Shown: one piece after another, positions 18,370-22,666 of the stretch | Position numbering within the stretch: the stretch's first letter is position 1 | How the letters are laid out: each line of letters opens with the position of its first letter | Origin: Candidatus Rokuibacteriota bacterium | Lineage (GTDB): Bacteria; Methylomirabilota; Methylomirabilia; Rokubacteriales; CSP1-6 | DNA length: 22,666 bases | Direction of reading: 5' to 3' | NCBI GenBank assembly: GCA_016184305.1 | Contig: JACPCX010000025.1 | Coordinates: 1-22,666 of the forward strand | Notes under the pieces: model-generated | Told to the model about the DNA's origin: nothing | Database searches by the model: none | The model's input: the letters and a program-made list of their open reading frames with translations, nothing else | Program-made: the position numbers and the translations under genes

Positions 18370-19120
18370 GGGAGAAGGCAACGCGGCGCCCCGGGCGTTC
18401 CGCGTGATGCGCGAGGCCCCGATCCGCCAGCGAGTCGTCATCGCGCTGGCCCTGTCCACCGTGATTCCCACCCTGATCCTGTTCTACGTCCTCCTCATGC
18501 ACATCGTCGGCATGCCCCCCGAGCAGCGCGGCTATCTCCCCGCGCTCGCGCTGTCGACCATGATGCTCATGATCGGGGGCGGCGCGGTGATCTGGGACCT
18601 GGCGCGGGAGGCGGACCGTGCCAACACGCGCTGGCGCGATCTCTCCCTCACCGACGAGCTGACCGGTGCGTACAACCGCCGGTATTTCGACTTGCGGCTC
18701 CACGAGGAGATCGCGCGGGCCGAGCGCTCCGGCCATCCACTCTCCCTCATGCTCCTGGACGTGGACCATTTCAAGGCAGTCAACGATCGCCACGGCCACG
18801 ACGCCGGAGACAGGGTGCTGAAGGAGATCTGCCGCATCATCCAGGGGCAGTCGCGCGCGGCGACCACGCTGTGCCGCTACGGGGGCGACGAGTTCGCGAT
18901 CCTGCTCCCGGAGACGGCCTGGACGGGCGCCCTCGTCTACGGAGACCGGATCCGGACCTCCGTGAACCGGGCGACGTTCCCGCACGCGGAGCCCGTGACC
19001 ATCAGCATCGGGCTGGGCGCTTTCCCCGGCGACGCCCGCAGCCCGGACAACCTCTTCAAGGCCGCCGACACCTCGCTGTACGCGGCCAAGGCAGGGGGGC
19101 GGAACCGGATCGGCGGCTAG
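18359..19120 (+). CDS. Two-TM diguanylate cyclase
   Basis: DELTGAYNRR, LDVDHFKAVND, GHDAGD and intact RYGGDEF. SD GAGGAG before ATG 18359, overlapping the upstream stop. Confidence 0.92.
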   Translation: MDPEGEGNAAPRAFRVMREAPIRQRVVIALALSTVIPTLILFYVLLMHIVGMPPEQRGYLPALALSTMMLMIGGGAVIWDLAREADRANTRWRDLSLTDELTGAYNRRYFDLRLHEEIARAERSGHPLSLMLLDVDHFKAVNDRHGHDAGDRVLKEICRIIQGQSRAATTLCRYGGDEFAILLPETAWTGALVYGDRIRTSVNRATFPHAEPVTISIGLGAFPGDARSPDNLFKAADTSLYAAKAGGRNRIGG

Positions 19121-19201
19121 GAGGGACCGTCCCCGGGTCCCGCTTGTGTTCGCCGGCCTTTCCTGGTACTGAGAAGTCAGTTCCCAGGAGGTACCACCAT
19201 C

Positions 19202-19300
19202 ATGGCGACGGTCACCCAGATCACGGGATCGGTTCCTTCCAGGCCGGGCGTCCTGGCCGGGAGCTGGAGCCCCGACAAGGCCGAGGGGGCGCTCGGGTGA
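19202..19300 (+). pseudogene. 32-codon ORF, probably a collapsed ACT-domain gene
   Basis: AGGAGG at 19186-19191. MATVTQITGSVPSRPGVLA resembles ACT beta1-'RPGvLA'. Ends PDKAEGALG* with a GTGA overlap to the next gene. Confidence 0.5.
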
Positions 19301-19494
19301 GGCTCAAGCGGGACGAGGTCGAGCGGATGATGGGCGAGCGTCCCGGGGGGACCTCGCTCGAGCAGGCGCTGGAGGTCTTCGAGGTCTTTGCCAGCAGCAC
19401 GCTCGCCGACGAGGTCTACGTCCTCGACGACGTGAGCGGCAAGCGCATCGCCATCGCCCCGGCGGCGCTCAAGGCGAAGTACAGGAAGGAGTGA
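19297..19494 (+). CDS. Hypothetical protein (65 aa)
   Basis: GTG start overlapping the previous stop, high third-position GC, stop 4 nt before the next ATG. Confidence 0.7.
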   Translation: MRLKRDEVERMMGERPGGTSLEQALEVFEVFASSTLADEVYVLDDVSGKRIAIAPAALKAKYRKE

Positions 19495-19498
19495 GGAC

Positions 19499-20288
19499 AT
19501 GGCCATCATCTGCCTTTCCCACGAAATGGGGGCCGGCGGCCCGGAGATCGGGCAACTGGTGGGCCAGCGCCTCGGCTACCGGTACATCGACCAGGAGCTG
19601 ATCTCGGATGCGGCCCTCCGCTACGGGCTCCTCGAGGAGAAGCTCAGCCACCTGGACGAGTCCAAGCCCTCCTTCTTCGAGCGCTTCGACGCCGAGACCC
19701 GGCGCTACATCACGGTGATCCAGACGGCGCTCTACGAGTTTGCGGAAGGCGACAACGTGGTGCTCATGGGACGCGGCGGCCAGTGGCTCCTGCGCGGCAT
19801 CCCCCACGTGCTCCGCATCCGGGTCATGGCGCCCTTCGATCTCCGGGTGAAGCGCCTGGGCAAGAAGCTGTCGGGGCAGATGGGCGAGCAGACCAACCCG
19901 CGGACCATCACCGACATGGTCCGGCGGGACGACACGGAGAGGGCCGGGCGCATGCGCTACCTCTACGAGGTCGACCTGCGGGACCCCGCGCTCTACGACG
20001 TGGTGGTCAACACCGAGAAGCTGTCGGTGGAGGGGGCCGTGGATCTCGTCGCCGGGCTCGCGCGCCGGCCCGAGCTCGCCACGACGCCGCCAGCCGCCCA
20101 GCTCGTCGCGGACCGCTCGCTGGGCTCGCGCGTCCAGGTGGCGCTGGCGACCCACCCGGAGACCCGGAAGTACCGCATCACGGTCGAGGCCAGGGCCGGA
20201 ATCGTGACGCTGGAGGGGACGGCCGCCCTCGAGGGAGGTCAAGACGCAGCAGGTGGAGATCCCGGCGATTCCACCGTTCGTCGCGTAA
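19499..20288 (+). CDS. Cytidylate kinase-like family protein with C-terminal BON-like domain, frameshifted at ~20234
   Basis: IICLSHEMGAGG P-loop-like segment, VVLMGRGG and YDVVVNT. The BON-like GIVTLEG tail resumes in another frame as EVKTQQVEIPAIPPFVA* (TAA 20286-20288). Confidence 0.8.
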
Positions 20289-20432
20289 TCCGCCATATCG
20301 TCCTTCTGAAGACGAGCACGAAGCCGTTCCGCTTCCTCACTTCGCGGTCGTCGGCGCCGGATAGCGCTGGCGGCTCATTGGGGCCGGCGAGGCGAGGGTC
20401 CGACAAGGGGCCGTCACGTCGATGATCGCCCC

Positions 20433-20471
20433 TTGACGAAGTGAGCGCCTGTATGTACAGTCAAGTGCACA
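20433..20471 (+). promoter_or_regulatory. TA operon promoter with operator palindromes
   Basis: TTGACG (20433-20438), 17-bp spacer, TACAGT (20456-20461). TGTACA at 20454 and TGCACA at 20466 overlap or follow the -10. Confidence 0.7.
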
Positions 20472-20483
20472 AGGAAATAAGCC

Positions 20484-20753
20484 ATGACCCAGCTGACGAT
20501 CTCTGAGGCGCGCAAGGGATTCCTCGACCTCCCGGAGAAGCTCGCGCGCGAGCCCGAGCGCGCGGTCACCATCACGCGCCGGGGTCAGCCGGTTCTCGCC
20601 GTCTTGCCGTGGGAGTTCTACGAGAGCATCGTCGAGACGCTCGAGGTGCTCAGCGAGCCCGCGCTCGTGGCGGCGCTGCGTGAGAGCATCGAGGACATCG
20701 AGCGTGGCCGTCTGCTCAACCACGAGGAGGTTGGGGCGCGTCTCGGGCCGTGA
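20484..20753 (+). CDS. Type II antitoxin, Phd/YefM family
   Basis: LTISEARKGFLDL...VTITRRGQPVLAVL...YESIVETLEVLS pattern. Coupled to the toxin via GTGA. Confidence 0.9.
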   Translation: MTQLTISEARKGFLDLPEKLAREPERAVTITRRGQPVLAVLPWEFYESIVETLEVLSEPALVAALRESIEDIERGRLLNHEEVGARLGP

Positions 20754-21100
20754 CCGACTCCGTCTACGCCGTCAAGTGGACCGAGACGGCGACCGGGCTT
20801 CTGGAAGCGATCTCCGACAAGAGGGTTCAGCGCGGCATCTACGCTCGCGCCGGCCAGCTCGCGCATTCCCCGGAAGACCAGGGCAAACCGCTGGTCTCCG
20901 AGCTGGCTGGATTCCGCAGTGTTCGCGCCGCAGGTCAGAAGTACCGCATTGTCTACCGCGTCCAGCGGCAGGATGTCATCGTGGTGGTTGTCGCGGTGGG
21001 CCGCCGAAAGCACGGGGACGCGGCCGACATCTATGCGCTCGCCCGGAAGCTTCTGAAGCAACGGCTTGTTCCGGTGCGCACCCGGCGTGGGAAGAAATAG
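20750..21100 (+). CDS. Type II toxin, RelE/ParE family
   Basis: Y.V.WT..A, GKPL..ELAGFRS, YRIVY and VVVVAVGRR motifs. Confidence 0.88.
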   Translation: MTDSVYAVKWTETATGLLEAISDKRVQRGIYARAGQLAHSPEDQGKPLVSELAGFRSVRAAGQKYRIVYRVQRQDVIVVVVAVGRRKHGDAADIYALARKLLKQRLVPVRTRRGKK

Positions 21101-21146
21101 CCGCCGCCCCTGCACGAGGCGTTATGCCTTGGCCGCGGGATGAACT

Positions 21147-21180
21147 CCCGGGCATGCGCACACCCCGGGCATGCCCACAC
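21147..21180. repeat. 17-bp tandem repeat, two copies
   Basis: CCCGGGCATGCGCACAC / CCCGGGCATGCCCACAC (1 mismatch). Confidence 0.7.
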
Positions 21181-21398
21181 ACGGATAACTCGCGGGCGCC
21201 TTCATGCCGCTCGACGCCGAGCGGGCCGGCCAGCAGATGGCGCCCTCACCTTGCCACCGGCATGCGCGGCAGGAGCCCTCTTCAGAGCGAGGCGCATGCG
21301 GCCAAAGACCTGGGCGAGGGCGTGTTCGACGCGAGGCCGCTCGGCGAGCATCGTCGCGCGCTCGGATGCCCCGAGGTAGCGGTACAATGACCACCGTC

Positions 21399-21638
21399 AT
21401 GAGCGCAACGACCCGTGACGGACGGGCAGCCACCGACGCGGTGAATCGTCTGGTCGACGAGCACCGCGTCCGGCGCCTCTGGTTTCTGCGACCGGACTAC
21501 TACCCGTCCACGCTGGAGGAGCGTCTCCGGGTCCTCGGACACATCGAGCGCCACGGCGACCGCGATGCCTTCTGTCAAGCCGCCGCGTTGAAGCGATGGC
21601 TCTCACCGGACTCCAGCGCACCGTCTGCCGGCTCCTAG
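21399..21638 (+). CDS. Small hypothetical protein ([10 protein letters not shown]), possible antitoxin-like partner of the following gene
   Basis: Coherent ORF with TACAAT at 21383-21388 upstream (alternative ATG 21387). Its 3' end overlaps the next ATG at 21596. Confidence 0.6.
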   Translation: MSATTRDGRAATDAVNRLVDEHRVRRLWFLRPDYYPSTLEERLRVLGHIERHGDRDAFCQAAALKRWLSPDSSAPSAGS

Positions 21639-21673
21639 CGGAGACCCGCATCGCGTCGGGCGAAAGCTACGTC
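21596..21673 (+). pseudogene. N-terminal stub of a putative nucleotidyltransferase (AbiEii-like)
   Basis: [26 protein letters not shown] stops just where a Y-x-AGG-type motif would be expected and joins foreign sequence. Confidence 0.5.
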
Positions 21674-21840
21674 CTTGCCCTTCTCCACGAGCTGGTCCAC
21701 GACGCGCTTGACCATGTTGATGGGGATGGCGAAGCCGATCCCCTGGCCGGCGGCGACGATGGCGGTGTTGATGATCGAGGCGTCGGTCTGGATGAACTTC
21801 TCGGAGGTCGCTACCCCGACGTCGGAGCGCCCGGTGGCGC
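21674..21840 (-). pseudogene. HtrA/DegP serine protease fragment lacking the GNSGG motif
   Basis: [55 protein letters not shown]. Confidence 0.85.
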
Positions 21841-22087
21841 CACTGCTCCGTCCCGACTCTATGGGGGGGGACCGCGGAACCCGCCGCCACGCTGACCTCG
21901 AGGCGGCTCTCACCGCCGCCCGGCTCACGCGGCGGCCCGGGTGACCTCACGCGACCGAAGCGGAGGGCGGACAACACACTGAAGGGGCGTACGCGCGGGT
22001 ACATCTAATGGAAGGAAGGCTTGTCGGGAAGTGGCGCGCGCCCATCCGTTCGGGGCGAGGCTGGACGGTTCAGCACACCCGGCCGAT

Positions 22088-22666
22088 TCATAAGATCAGC
22101 CGCTCACCCAAGTCCCGGAGGTCGCGTACAAAGTCCTCGGGTTTGGGTGGCTCGATCCAGCGAACAGCCTCCCAGTCGTCGAGTGTGGCGGAGCACAACA
22201 CTCTAGCCAAATCGGCCGGGAACAGCCCCGCGGCTTTGCTGTGTGCATCGGTCAGCGCGCGGTCGAGAGGTAAGCCCATCAGGCGGCAGAATCCCCAGAT
22301 GTCGGCCAAGTCCTTCGGCTCTTGACGATCGATGGCGGCCGTCACCTTGTTCGCGAGAATATTTTCCGGGCTGTCCATCCGCCCCAGTACCGGATGCGTG
22401 CGGATCTCGCCGAGATGCGATGGGACGTCGTTGATCAATTCGATCTTGAGGACAACTTCAGTCGCGAGGAGGGACAGGCGGGCGAACCGGACGTCTTTTT
22501 GGATGACGTCGATCCGCCAATTCGACGAGTCGGCGAGGGCGTGGACGATTCGATCGGTCCACAGGCGGAATCGTGGGTCGTCGTTGACGAACAGATCCAA
22601 GTCATCCGAGAACCGATGGTGAAGATAGCCGCGGGACGAGGCGGTTCCACCCGTGAGGTAGAAGTC
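22088..22666 (-). CDS. AbiEii/AbiGii-family nucleotidyltransferase (5' end outside window)
   Basis: Frame from 22666 reads DFYLTGGTASSRGYLHHRFSDDLDLF...ILANKVTAAIDRQEPKDLAD (GGTA, HR.S.DLD, K, R..KD..D motifs). Confidence 0.88.
   Translation of the reverse strand, partial: DFYLTGGTASSRGYLHHRFSDDLDLFVNDDPRFRLWTDRIVHALADSSNWRIDVIQKDVRFARLSLLATEVVLKIELINDVPSHLGEIRTHPVLGRMDSPENILANKVTAAIDRQEPKDLADIWGFCRLMGLPLDRALTDAHSKAAGLFPADLARVLCSATLDDWEAVRWIEPPKPEDFVRDLRDLGERLIL

Noticed and set aside
21202..21387. 61-aa minus-strand ORF (…RVEHALAQVFGRMRLALKR…)
   Set aside because: It could be another remnant, but I see no recognisable family or RBS, so it is unsupported.
21845..22087. Possible ncRNA, tRNA or att site between the degP fragment and AbiEii
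   Set aside because: No cloverleaf, conserved RNA motif or matching direct repeat could be identified by eye.

Overview
A very GC-rich bacterial chromosomal segment. Gene content and repeats suggest a Rokubacteria/Methylomirabilota-like organism, but this is inference only. The left half (1-11.7 kb) is metabolic: the 3' end of a membrane pyrophosphatase, a broken TtcA-like gene, thiolase, a four-domain rhodanese, SseA, pepP, a leuC/leuD-like pair, nudC, RidA and a CaiB/BaiF CoA-transferase. The middle (11.8-19.1 kb) is a co-oriented cyclic-nucleotide signalling cluster. It holds a REC class III cyclase with a guanylyl-cyclase-type Glu, a sigma54 promoter ahead of a degenerate membrane GGDEF and a REC-HD-GYP, a small Arg-rich 'DRR' protein, PilT, a GT-C/TPR membrane glycosyltransferase-like gene, and an intact paralogous GGDEF. 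The right end holds a cytidylate-kinase-like/BON gene and a toxin-antitoxin-rich patch (Phd/YefM-RelE, AbiEii-like). About ten genes are internally deleted or reduced to remnants, several lacking catalytic motifs, which points to deletion-driven decay or a faulty assembly. The best candidate for an undescribed system is the cGMP/c-di-GMP-PilT-glycosyltransferase module.
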